This document shows, piece by piece, positions 46,633-56,018 of a stretch of DNA of 64,000 nucleotides. The notes beneath the pieces are model-generated. The model ran no database searches and was not told where the DNA came from. It saw only the letters and a list, made by a program, of their open reading frames with translations. The position numbers were made by a program, and so were the translations under genes. Positions within the stretch are counted from its first letter, which is position 1. The number at the start of each line of letters is the position of its first letter. This DNA is from Candidatus Campbellbacteria bacterium RIFOXYC2_FULL_35_25 (lineage in GTDB: Bacteria; Patescibacteriota; Minisyncoccia; Phycocordibacterales; UBA12079). The stretch is taken from NCBI GenBank assembly GCA_001774495.1, contig MFAE01000002.1, positions 42,372 to 106,371 of the forward strand. The letters run 5' to 3'.

Positions 46633-47925
46633 ATGAATTTAAAAATTCTCAAAAAAATTCACTTTATAGGAATAGGCGGAATCGGTGTTTCGGCTGTTGC
46701 TAGGATGATGTTGGGAGAAGGGAAGTTGGTTGTTGGTTCAAACTTGGGCGAATCAAAAATAACTCAAGAATTAAAAAAACTTGGAGCCATCATTTATATT
46801 GAACACAACGAAAATAATCTAGACGACGATACTGATTTGGTAATTTATTCACCCGCAATTACAAAAGGGAGCTCGGAACTTCAAAAAGCAAAAAAATTAA
46901 ATATCCCCGTAATCTCATATCCCCAATCCTTAGGATTAATTTCTAAAGATAAATTTACTATTGCTGTTTCTGGAACTCATGGAAAAACTACCACAACCGC
47001 AATGTTGGCAGAAATTTTTATTGATGCTCAGCTAGACCCAACAGTTATTGTAGGAAGTCTTCTCAAGAAGCAAAAGACCAATTTTCTTAATGGGAAAAGT
47101 GAATATTTTATAGTAGAAGCCTGTGAATACAAGAGGTCTTTTTTACAACTCCAACCAAACATTTTGGTGATTACAAACATAGACGAGGACCATTTAGACT
47201 ATTATAAAGACATGGCTGATATACAGAGTGCCTTTAAAGAATTAGCCTTAAAAATGAGTGAAAAAGACTTTATTGTCTGTGACCCCAACAACCCTACCAT
47301 TATACCAGTATTAAGCGGTATAAGGGCAAAAATCGTCGATTATAGGCAATATAAAAGCGATAACCTGAATCTAAAAATCCCAGGAAAGCATAATATCCAA
47401 AATGCTTTGGTTGGGCTAGCTATTGCAGATATTTTGAACTTAAACAAAGAGGAAACAGAAAAATCACTCAATAATTTTGAAGGCACTTGGCGACGTTTTG
47501 AATGTAAAGGAAAGACAAAAAATGGAACATTAATTTATGATGATTATGCCCACAATCCGACCGAGGTAAGAGCGACTCTTCAAGGAGCAAAAGAATTTTT
47601 TAAAGACAAAAAAATAACTATTATTTTCCAACCGCACTTGTATAGCCGAACAAAAATATTTTTAGAAGATTTTGCTGAAAGTTTCGATGATATCGATAGA
47701 GTAATTATTCTTCCGATTTATGCCGCCAGAGAAAAAAATGACCCGAGTATAAACTCGGAGATACTGGTTGAAAAAATAAAAAAATTTAATCAAAATGTAT
47801 CTTATTCAGAATTCGAAAATATTTCGGAGAAAATAGATTTAGAAAGTTTTGGTTCAGGAGATGTAATTTTTACAATCGGTGCTGGAGATGTATATAAAAT
47901 AGGAGAGACTCTCTTGGCTGTATAA
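46633..47925 (+). CDS. murC: UDP-N-acetylmuramate--L-alanine ligase
   Basis: N-terminal GIGGIGVSAVARMM, Mur ligase P-loop VSGTHGKTTTTAM, central and C-terminal Mur ligase domains. Confidence 0.75.
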   Translation: MNLKILKKIHFIGIGGIGVSAVARMMLGEGKLVVGSNLGESKITQELKKLGAIIYIEHNENNLDDDTDLVIYSPAITKGSSELQKAKKLNIPVISYPQSLGLISKDKFTIAVSGTHGKTTTTAMLAEIFIDAQLDPTVIVGSLLKKQKTNFLNGKSEYFIVEACEYKRSFLQLQPNILVITNIDEDHLDYYKDMADIQSAFKELALKMSEKDFIVCDPNNPTIIPVLSGIRAKIVDYRQYKSDNLNLKIPGKHNIQNALVGLAIADILNLNKEETEKSLNNFEGTWRRFECKGKTKNGTLIYDDYAHNPTEVRATLQGAKEFFKDKKITIIFQPHLYSRTKIFLEDFAESFDDIDRVIILPIYAAREKNDPSINSEILVEKIKKFNQNVSYSEFENISEKIDLESFGSGDVIFTIGAGDVYKIGETLLAV

Positions 47926-47993
47926 AAATACCAAGGGCCCGCAACTTCACGGGCCCTTACCCATTTGAGAGATATAATTATCATTATTGGTTC

Positions 47994-48254
47994 CTATTGG
48001 TCCCTGAGAAGTTTGCCGAGTTTTTTTCCTTCGGCTAAGTGTGCACTTCTTTCTTGTTCTTGCCTTTGGGCAAGGTCATCGGTGCTCCCGAAAAGGGTTA
48101 TCGCCAAGTCGTCGATAGCTGATTGCCTATCTGAACTGGCCCTTTTCCAAAATATTGGGTTTTCTAAAAGAATCCCCAAAACCTCTCTTTGTTGTTCTTG
48201 TGTGGTAGTCATGTTTCCGCCCCCTTTTACCACCCTGAACTTTGATAATAACAT
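47994..48254 (-). CDS. hypothetical small protein (86 aa, GC-rich)
   Basis: ATG with AAGGGGGCGG SD. Confidence 0.4.
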   Translation of the reverse strand: MLLSKFRVVKGGGNMTTTQEQQREVLGILLENPIFWKRASSDRQSAIDDLAITLFGSTDDLAQRQEQERSAHLAEGKKLGKLLRDQ

Positions 48255-48699
48255 CTCCCTCTTTCTATATTTAATTATACAACATATCTATAAAAGACAA
48301 TAGAGTTATCCCCAGTTTTGTCTTTTATAGAGACAGTGTCTTTGATGTCTTTTTTATCATCTTTCAATTAATTCACGGGGTTGATATAATTTAAAGCAAT
48401 GGATTTAGAAATAACATTAAAAATTTTGATCTTGGTTCTTGTTATAGGAACAATTTACGCTTGGTATCAGTTCTACCAAATTTTAGTAAAGAGATGTGAC
48501 ACCTGCTCTGTGGGGTTAATGAAGAGTCCCTTTAAATCAAAGTGTTTTGTGGGGGCACTTTTTTTCACAGCTGCACTTGCCTTAGCTATCTACGCTTTTT
48601 CTCTTATCTAAAGTAAACCAAGGTCTGACATATAAATCGTACTTGAAGTTTTCACTTTGAGGTTAAACTTTCAAGTGGAGTAGTGCGGAAATTACTTGC

Positions 48700-49578
48700 A
48701 TGGAAAAAGAGGAAATAAAAAATAAAATTAAAGAATTGGAATGGCAAATGGGTCAGGTAGATTTTTGGCAGAACAAAGACGAAGCACAAAAAATTATAAA
48801 AGAGTTGAACAATTTAAAAGATGAGTTGGAAGGAGCAGGGAAGTATGACAAAGGTAGTGCCATCATTACTATTTTATCTGGAGCAGGAGGAGATGACTCT
48901 GAAGATTTTTCAAGGATACTTTATAATATGTATTTAAAATTTTCTCAAAATAAAAATTGGGAAACTTTTTTGATGCATTCAAATGAAAATGATCACGGAG
49001 GATATCGAAATATAACTTTTGAAGTGATTGGAAAAGGGGCTTATGGAAAACTTAAAAATGAATCCGGAGTTCATCGTCTCGTAAGAATTTCTCCATTCAA
49101 CGCCCAGAAAAAAAGGCACACTTCTTTTTCAATGGTTGAAGTAATTCCAAAACTTGAAAAAGCGAGGGATATGCAAATTCCAGAAGATGATTTAAAAATT
49201 GAGTTTGCGAAATCAAGTGGGCCCGGAGGTCAAAATGTAAATAAAAGAGAAACAGCTGTGCGAGTTGTACACCTGCCAACAAATATTTCTGCGCAGGTTG
49301 AATCAGAAAGGTCCCAACAACAAAACAGAGAAAAGGCCATGGAAATGATTGAAGCCAAGCTTATCAAAAGACAAGAAGAAGAAATGAGGGCAAAAGAACA
49401 AGGAATGCAGATAAGTAAAATGACTGAGAATGAATGGGGAAGCCAGATTCGTTCCTATGTTATGCACCCTTATCAGATGGTAAAAGACCACCGTACCGGA
49501 GTAGAAGTGAGGGATATTAACAAGGTTTTGGAGGATGGGGATTTGGACGAGTTTATTGAAGCAGAAAAGGGGTTATAA
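48700..49578 (+). CDS. prfB: peptide chain release factor 2 (single ORF, no programmed frameshift, short domain 1)
   Basis: SPF tripeptide-anticodon motif (VRISPFNAQ), GGQ motif (SGPGGQNVNK) and the RF-2 domain 1 motif VDFWQNKDEAQ. Confidence 0.8.
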   Translation: MEKEEIKNKIKELEWQMGQVDFWQNKDEAQKIIKELNNLKDELEGAGKYDKGSAIITILSGAGGDDSEDFSRILYNMYLKFSQNKNWETFLMHSNENDHGGYRNITFEVIGKGAYGKLKNESGVHRLVRISPFNAQKKRHTSFSMVEVIPKLEKARDMQIPEDDLKIEFAKSSGPGGQNVNKRETAVRVVHLPTNISAQVESERSQQQNREKAMEMIEAKLIKRQEEEMRAKEQGMQISKMTENEWGSQIRSYVMHPYQMVKDHRTGVEVRDINKVLEDGDLDEFIEAEKGL

Positions 49579-49760
49579 AAAATTGAAAAAAAACGAGAGT
49601 AACGTATAATGTACTAGTGAGTAGATAGTAATAAGTAGTGAGTAGTAAGAAAAGAATTTTCGCTTCGCGAAAATTCTTTAATGAAAAAATTTGCTTCGCA
49701 AATTTTTTACTATAGACTATATACTATCAACTACAAACTAATTTTTTTATAAAAAATTCA

Positions 49761-50441
49761 ATGATTTATTTCGAAAAAGTATCAAAAACATATAAAAATG
49801 GAGATAAGGTTTTAGATTGCGTTACCTTCAAAATTGAACCAAGGGAATTCGTTTCAATTGTTGGTCATTCTGGTGCAGGGAAAACAACTCTTCTAAAAAT
49901 GCTTTTAGCCGAGGATCACCCAACCGAGGGGTTTGTTTTTTTTGGTTCCTCTGATGTTAGCAAACTCAAAAAAGATCAAAAGAATAAATTCAGAAGAAAG
50001 GTAGGAGTAATTTTCCAAGATTTCAGACTTCTTCCTCATAAAACAGCTTATGAGAATGTTTCTTTTGCAATGGAAGCAGCAGGGAGGACCGAAGAAGAAA
50101 TAGAATCAGATGTTCCTCACGTTTTGGAATTAGTTGATTTGGGAGATAAGATGTGGAATTTTCCTCATGAATTATCAGGAGGAGAAAAACAGAGGCTCGC
50201 TATTGCTCGCGCGATAGTCAACCAACCAGACCTTTTGATTGCTGATGAACCTACAGGGAACCTTGACCCAATAAATACTTTTGAAATAGTTCAAATCTTA
50301 AAAAAGATAAACGAGCTGGGAACAACTGTCATTTTAACAACCCACAATAAGGGAGTAATAGATTCTGTAGGGAAGAGGGTTATCACAATGGATAAAGGAA
50401 GAGTAACGAGAGATGATAAGTCGGGTAAATTTTCGTTGTAA
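49761..50441 (+). CDS. ftsE: cell division ATP-binding protein FtsE
   Basis: Walker A GHSGAGKTT, signature LSGGEKQRLAIARAI and Walker B LLIADEPTGNLD. Followed by ftsX. Confidence 0.85.
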   Translation: MIYFEKVSKTYKNGDKVLDCVTFKIEPREFVSIVGHSGAGKTTLLKMLLAEDHPTEGFVFFGSSDVSKLKKDQKNKFRRKVGVIFQDFRLLPHKTAYENVSFAMEAAGRTEEEIESDVPHVLELVDLGDKMWNFPHELSGGEKQRLAIARAIVNQPDLLIADEPTGNLDPINTFEIVQILKKINELGTTVILTTHNKGVIDSVGKRVITMDKGRVTRDDKSGKFSL

Positions 50442-50473
50442 GTAAATAATTAAGAGTAAATAAAAATTTTACC

Positions 50474-51385
50474 ATGTTTATAACAAATACAAAAAGAATA
50501 ATAAAAGCAGCCCTAGTAAATTTTTGGAGAAATAAGACAGTTTCCATGTCAGCTGTTTTGGTAGTTTCTATTACCTTGCTTGTTTTTGGTTCTCTTATTT
50601 TTAGCAATGCGGCACTAGACTCTGTTTTATTACAATTGAAAGACAAAGTTGATATTAATGTTTATTTTACCGTTGATGCTGGTGAGGAAGATATCCTAGA
50701 ATTAAAAAAATCTCTAGAAAGTTTTCCTGAAGTAGAGTCTGTTGAGTATGTTTCTAGGGAAATGGCTCTTGAGAATTTTAGAAAAAATCATGAAAATGAT
50801 CAAACAACTCTTGAGGCCTTGGATGAACTCGGAGATAACCCACTAGGGGCTACTTTAAATGTTCAAGCTAACGAAACAGATCAATATGAAAGTATTGCGA
50901 AATTCTTGGGTGAAAATAGTAGTTCCTCGTCCATAATAGACAAGGTAAATTATTATCAAAATAAATTAGTGATTGATAGGCTGACAAAGATAATAAGTAA
51001 TACCGAACGAGTCGGTTTTGTTGTTACTTTAATTTTAATTATTATTTCAATAATAATTACCTTTAATACTATTCGCCTCGCTATTTATATTGCCAAGGAG
51101 GAAATTTCTGTAATGATGTTGGTTGGGGCAAGTAATCGATATGTTAGAGGCCCGTTTGTTATAGAGGGGGTTTTGTACGGGATTATTTCTTCGGCTCTTG
51201 CTTTAATTATATTTCTTCCAGTTACTTTCTACTTAGGTTCTTTTACTGAAAAGTTATTAGGAGTGAATGTCTTTGAATATTACCTAACTAATTTTTTTCA
51301 TATTTTGCTCATACTTTTAGTTTCGGGTGTCTTCTTGGGTGTTTTCTCAAGTTACTTAGCGGTAAGGAAGTATTTAAAGGTTTAA
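50474..51385 (+). CDS. ftsX: cell division permease-like protein FtsX
   Basis: N-terminal TM, periplasmic domain, C-terminal 3 TM. Follows ftsE by 33 nt. Confidence 0.8.
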   Translation: MFITNTKRIIKAALVNFWRNKTVSMSAVLVVSITLLVFGSLIFSNAALDSVLLQLKDKVDINVYFTVDAGEEDILELKKSLESFPEVESVEYVSREMALENFRKNHENDQTTLEALDELGDNPLGATLNVQANETDQYESIAKFLGENSSSSSIIDKVNYYQNKLVIDRLTKIISNTERVGFVVTLILIIISIIITFNTIRLAIYIAKEEISVMMLVGASNRYVRGPFVIEGVLYGIISSALALIIFLPVTFYLGSFTEKLLGVNVFEYYLTNFFHILLILLVSGVFLGVFSSYLAVRKYLKV

Positions 51386-52065
51386 ATAGCATTGAACCCC
51401 CTTCTTTGCAGAAGGGGGTTTAACCATTTGGCCATATGGCCTTTTTCTCTCTGTACGATTTAAAGAAGTGAGCTGAACATAAAAATAACCCGGTAAAAAC
51501 GAAACCCGCAATCCATGGATGCTTAAAGAAAAGCAACAGTCCTCCTAATCCAAGGGATAGGACAAGGAAAACAAGTCCAAAATTTAGGTCTCCTTTGCAG
51601 TCAATCATTCTCGCCCTCCTCGTCTGACTCATCTGCTTCGACGAGACTTTTGTTCTCGTAAGAAGAAACAGCTAATATTCCTCCAATAAAAATTATAGCG
51701 ATTGAGGCGCCTCTATCCTTTTCAGAGTCTTCTTCGCCGAAAAATATGCCGGATAATCCGATTAAAATGAAAACGATTCCCAGTAAGACTTTGCCATTTA
51801 TTTTATATTTCCCCATCCTTTTTCTCCTCACTACTTGTTTTTGTTGAGAAAACTGTTTCTAATCAGAGTATAACAGGATTTTCTGTTGATTCAAACAAAA
51901 AAGAGATATTCATACAAGTGAGCAAGAAAATACTTGATTTTTTGTCCGTAAAAAGCTTTAATCATAGTTATATTATAAGATCGTTTAATCTCGTAGCAGA
52001 TCATTTCGCCGGATCGTCGAAGTGGTGGAAATGAAAAGCAAACTGGTTTAGTATTAATATAATAT

Positions 52066-52136
52066 TGCCGGATCGTCTAATGGTAGGACTGCGGTTTCTG
52101 GTACCGCCAATCTAGGTTCGAGTCCTAGTCCGGCAG
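52066..52136 (+). tRNA. tRNA-Gln (anticodon CTG)
   Basis: TGCCGGATCGTCTAATGGTAGGACTGCGGTTTCTGGTACCGCCAATCTAGGTTCGAGTCCTAGTCCGGCAG. U1:A72 pair, anticodon loop TTCTGGT, T-loop TTCGAGT. Confidence 0.65.
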
Positions 52137-52575
52137 CAACAAATAAAAACAACAGCTTTTAGCTGTTGTTTTTATTTGTTTTGATGCCGAGACTAGCAAG
52201 GTACCTGCGTACATTGCGTAGGATTCGAACAGGCGGAGGCTTGTCGCACGGAGCGAAGCGAGTACGACAGCCGAGCCGAGCCTACGAACACTTAGGCTTT
52301 TGGAGTGCGAAGCACGAACAAAAGACTTAGTGATTCGGAGGTCGAGTCCTAGTCCGGCAGCATAAGATCGTTAGACCCTGAGTGATGAGCTTAGGGTCTT
52401 ATTATTTTACCTGACGGACTAGGACTCGAAAAGAGCGAAATATATTTTTTCGTAATGAAGTGAAGAAAAAAATTTGAGCGACGTGACGACGAGTTCTTAA
52501 CAAAAATGAGTCCACAGGATGAAATTTTTGTTTAGAACTGGAAGTCGAGTCCTAGTCCGGCAGCTTTGGAAAGAA
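52137..52575. repeat. array of modules each ending in a copy of the tRNA-Gln 3' end (TCGAGTCCTAGTCCGGCAG at ~52342-52368 and ~52548-52570; inverted copy at ~52410-52435); an upstream 5' partial copy GCCGGATCGTCGAAGTGGTGG lies at ~51997-52020
   Basis: Modules share long stretches with the tRNA-Ile locus array (GTGACGACNAGTTCTTAANAAAAATGAGTCCNNAGGATGAAATTTTT...GAAGTCGAGTCCTA; GGCGGAGGC...TTAGGCTT...GAGTGCGAAGCAC). Confidence 0.55.
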
Positions 52576-52646
52576 ATCAAAATGATTGGTGTGGGGGGGG
52601 GTGAAAATCCTAGTCTCATAACATCCCCCTATGATATAATTTCAAC

Positions 52647-53057
52647 ATGAAAATATTTATTATTTGCAGTAAAAATTTTTACGATAAAATCCCAGGTATT
52701 GAAAAGACATTGGAAGAAAATGCTCACATAATAACTTTACCTAATTGTTTTAAAGATCCTGCTACTGAAGGAAGATTTCGAGACCTTGGAAGAGAAGAGC
52801 ATTCTAAATGGAAAGCCGAAAAGTTAAGACATAGTAGTGATGTTATTGAAAATAATGATGCCGTGCTTGTTCTTAATTTTGAAAAAAATGGTATGAGCAA
52901 TTATATTGGAGGTGCCACTTTTTTAGAAATGTATGACGCCTTTAGATTGAGCAAAAAAATATTTTTATATAACGATATTCCCGAAGGAATTTTGAAGGAT
53001 GAAATTATTGGTTTTAATCCAATACTTATTGGTGGTGATTTGAGTGTTATTAATTAA
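52647..53057 (+). CDS. nucleoside 2-deoxyribosyltransferase-like / Rossmann-fold nucleotide-binding small protein (putative)
   Basis: MKIFIICSKNFY...YIGGATFLEMYDAFRLSKKIFLY pattern resembles the nucleoside deoxyribosyltransferase-like fold. Assignment is tentative. Confidence 0.4.
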   Translation: MKIFIICSKNFYDKIPGIEKTLEENAHIITLPNCFKDPATEGRFRDLGREEHSKWKAEKLRHSSDVIENNDAVLVLNFEKNGMSNYIGGATFLEMYDAFRLSKKIFLYNDIPEGILKDEIIGFNPILIGGDLSVIN

Positions 53058-53116
53058 TTTCTCCCCCAAAACAGAAAATACTTGCCTTCATAGATAATAT
53101 GATATAATAAAACTAT

Positions 53117-54055
53117 ATGAAAAAAACCATTATTATCCTTTTAGCTATTATTCTTATAGGCGCAGGCGTATATTTCTTTTTTATTAAAAGTTCTTCTGAT
53201 AGTGTCGTTATCAGTAACGAGAATGAAACCGCTGATCTCATTCATTCCGAGGGGAGTGACGAAACAGGTGACCAGGTAGAGGGGCAGACAAATGAGCCTC
53301 AAGTCGATGAGAGTAAAACTGTCATAGGAAAATCTGTTGATGGTCGCAACATCACTGCTTATCATTATGGTAGTGGTGATACAGAACTGCTATTCATTGG
53401 TGGTATCCACGGAGGATACTCTTGGAATACAGCCCTAGTTGCATATGAGTTAATGGACTACTTAGAAGGAAACCCTAGTTTGATCCCTGACAATGTTAAA
53501 GTAACTGTGATTCCTGTATTAAATCCTGACGGGTTAAGCAAGGTTGTTGGTACTGCTGGGCGCTTTGCTTCAACAGATGTTCCTTCTTTACAAGAAAAAA
53601 CAATCCCAGGACGTTTTAACGCAAACGAAGTGGACCTTAACCGTAACTTTGATTGTGATTGGCAGTCTACTGGTAAATGGAACAGCACGACTGTCAGCGG
53701 AGGAAACACAGTCTTTTCTGAACCAGAAAGTTTAGCTATAAAAAATTATGTAGAAACCCGCAAGCCGACGGCTGTTGTAGTTTGGTATAGTGCTGTCGGA
53801 GGAGTATTTTCTTCAAGTTGTCACAATGGTATTTTAGATGAGACGCGAACAATTACAAATACTTATGCAAAGGCATCTGGCTATCCTTCCTACGAGGAAT
53901 TTGATTTTTATGAAATAACAGGGGACATGGTAAATTGGCTTGCTAAGAAAAATATTCCTGCAATTAGTGTTCTCCTTTCTACACACGAGGATATTGAATG
54001 GAGTAAAAATCTAGCAGGTATAAAGGCACTACTTAACTATTACTCTAAATTCTAA
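53117..54055 (+). CDS. M14-family zinc carboxypeptidase-like protein (paralog 1)
   Basis: Signal/TM. GGIHGGYSWNT (Zn-binding HxxE region), VIPVLNPDG and RFNANEVDLNRNFDCDW (cf. carboxypeptidase A VDANRNWD). Confidence 0.65.
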   Translation: MKKTIIILLAIILIGAGVYFFFIKSSSDSVVISNENETADLIHSEGSDETGDQVEGQTNEPQVDESKTVIGKSVDGRNITAYHYGSGDTELLFIGGIHGGYSWNTALVAYELMDYLEGNPSLIPDNVKVTVIPVLNPDGLSKVVGTAGRFASTDVPSLQEKTIPGRFNANEVDLNRNFDCDWQSTGKWNSTTVSGGNTVFSEPESLAIKNYVETRKPTAVVVWYSAVGGVFSSSCHNGILDETRTITNTYAKASGYPSYEEFDFYEITGDMVNWLAKKNIPAISVLLSTHEDIEWSKNLAGIKALLNYYSKF

Positions 54056-54058
54056 ATA

Positions 54059-54949
54059 ATGAATAATTTTTTCTCTAAAAAGATTATTCTGGTTATTCTT
54101 TTGTTATTAGCAATTGGTATTGGTTCCTTTATATTTTTCACTTTGAGGGTTCACGACGCCCCAGATTTGTCTGTCGATTTAGTTGAACAAAAAGTTTTTG
54201 AAACAAAACATGAGGTGATTGGCTCTTCTGTAGAAGGAAGAAACATTGATGCTTACACCTACGGAAACGGAGAAACGCACATTGCATTTGTTGGGGGAAT
54301 CCACGGTGGCTACGAATGGAATAGTGTTCTTTTGGCTTACAAGTTTATGGATTATTTGGATGACAATCCAGATGTTCTCCCTAAAAATATAACCGTAACT
54401 GTTATTCCCTCTGCTAACCCTGATGGAGTTTATAAAGTAGTTGGTAAAGAAGGTCGGTTTACTTTTGCTGATGTGCCAGATGATGGTCTTGCTTCGGCTG
54501 GACGCTTTAATGCAAACGATGTAGACCTCAACCGCAATTTTGATTGTAAGTGGAAACCAGAGAGTACTTGGAAGGGAAATATAGTGAGTGCAGGATCAAC
54601 CGCCTTTTCTGAACCAGAAGCCAAAGCCCTTCAAGGTTTTGTTTCAAAAAATAAACCAAAAGCTGTTATTTTTTGGCACAGTCAGTCCAATGCCGTGTAT
54701 GCATCAGAGTGTGAGAAAGGGATTCTTCCTGAAACAATTGATATCATGAATACTTATTCATTTGCATCAGGTTATCAGCCAGTTAAATCTTTTGACGCCT
54801 ATGAAATTACGGGCGATGCTGAAGGGTGGTTGGCTTCGATTAATATACCTGCAATTACAGTAGAACTTAAAACTCATGAGGATATCGAATGGAGTAAGAA
54901 TTTAGCTGGTATCAAAGCACTTTTTGAATATTATAAAAACGCGAAGTAG
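54059..54949 (+). CDS. M14-family zinc carboxypeptidase-like protein (paralog 2, tandem duplicate)
   Basis: Same motifs (GGIHGGYEWNS, RFNANDVDLNRNFDCKW, HEDIEWSKNLAGIKAL). ~45% identical to paralog 1. Confidence 0.65.
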   Translation: MNNFFSKKIILVILLLLAIGIGSFIFFTLRVHDAPDLSVDLVEQKVFETKHEVIGSSVEGRNIDAYTYGNGETHIAFVGGIHGGYEWNSVLLAYKFMDYLDDNPDVLPKNITVTVIPSANPDGVYKVVGKEGRFTFADVPDDGLASAGRFNANDVDLNRNFDCKWKPESTWKGNIVSAGSTAFSEPEAKALQGFVSKNKPKAVIFWHSQSNAVYASECEKGILPETIDIMNTYSFASGYQPVKSFDAYEITGDAEGWLASINIPAITVELKTHEDIEWSKNLAGIKALFEYYKNAK

Positions 54950-54996
54950 GGTAAACACCTCCTAATATTTTTCTAAAAAATTGTTATAATATATTC

Positions 54997-55965
54997 ATGT
55001 TTCATAAATTTAAAATAGCTGTTCTTCGTGGGGGATACGACCGTGAGTACGAGATGTCCATGAAAAGTGGTGGTGAAATTTTAAAAAATTTATCTTTAGA
55101 TAAATATACTGTTTATGATGTTTCTATTTCTAAAAATGGGGCTTGGTACTTAAATGGTGAACAGATTAGTCCAAATAGTATTTTGGAAAGAGTCGATTTC
55201 GTTTTTAATTCTCTTGGCTGTGGAGGAGATAACAAAAACATTGTAAGGATGCTAGAAAGTTTTGCCATTCCTTACTCCGGCTCTAACCCTATGGCTTCTT
55301 CCTTGAGTGCGAGTAAAATAATTTCAAAAAGAATTTGCGAAACCGAGGGAATAAAAACTCCTTACTACAGCACCATCAGGAGAGATGAGTATGACGAAAA
55401 GAAAAGCCACGATGTTTTTAGGGAAATCATTATGCCTTGCGTGGTTAAGCCTTCGGACAGCGGGTACTCTGTGGGAGTTCACATTGTTTCTTCCGCAACA
55501 GAACTAAAAGAAGCGATTTTAAATGTTTTCGAAATATCAGACGCTGTCTTGATTGAAGAATTAATTAAAGGTAGGGAAATAACCTGTGGAGTAATCGAAA
55601 ATTTTAGAGGAAATAAAAATTACTCATTATTGCCATTAGAAATTTCTACCCCTGATGAGTTTAATTTTTTAAATCATGATTTTAAGAAAGAGGGAAGTTT
55701 CGACCATACTACTCAGATCCTAACCAGAGAAGAGCGAGAAAAAATTCAGGAAATATCTTGGAAAATACATAATATTTTGAATATCCGTCATTACTCCCGT
55801 TCGGATTTTATTTTTACACCCAAGGGAGATATTTATTTCCTAGAAGTTAATTCTTCACCAGCATTGCACAAGGATTCGTTGTTCATAAAATCTTTGGAGG
55901 CTGTTGGGTCTGATTTGCCAGAATTTTTGAACCACCTAATAGAATTTGATAGAGATTTTATTTAA
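54997..55965 (+). CDS. ddl: D-alanine--D-alanine ligase
   Basis: N-terminal KIAVLRGGYDREYEMSMKSG and ATP-grasp core with C-terminal YFLEVNSSPAL motif. Confidence 0.85.
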   Translation: MFHKFKIAVLRGGYDREYEMSMKSGGEILKNLSLDKYTVYDVSISKNGAWYLNGEQISPNSILERVDFVFNSLGCGGDNKNIVRMLESFAIPYSGSNPMASSLSASKIISKRICETEGIKTPYYSTIRRDEYDEKKSHDVFREIIMPCVVKPSDSGYSVGVHIVSSATELKEAILNVFEISDAVLIEELIKGREITCGVIENFRGNKNYSLLPLEISTPDEFNFLNHDFKKEGSFDHTTQILTREEREKIQEISWKIHNILNIRHYSRSDFIFTPKGDIYFLEVNSSPALHKDSLFIKSLEAVGSDLPEFLNHLIEFDRDFI

Positions 55966-56018
55966 TCAAATTTTACCTAAATTTGTAATTTCATCTTTAA
56001 TATTGTATCATTTTGTTA

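Noticed and set aside
48655-48661. CTT TGA G heptamer resembling the prfB +1 programmed frameshift site
   Set aside because: A +1 shift here enters a frame that stops after 20 codons and does not join the RF2 ORF. The RF2 ORF has its own ATG at 48700.
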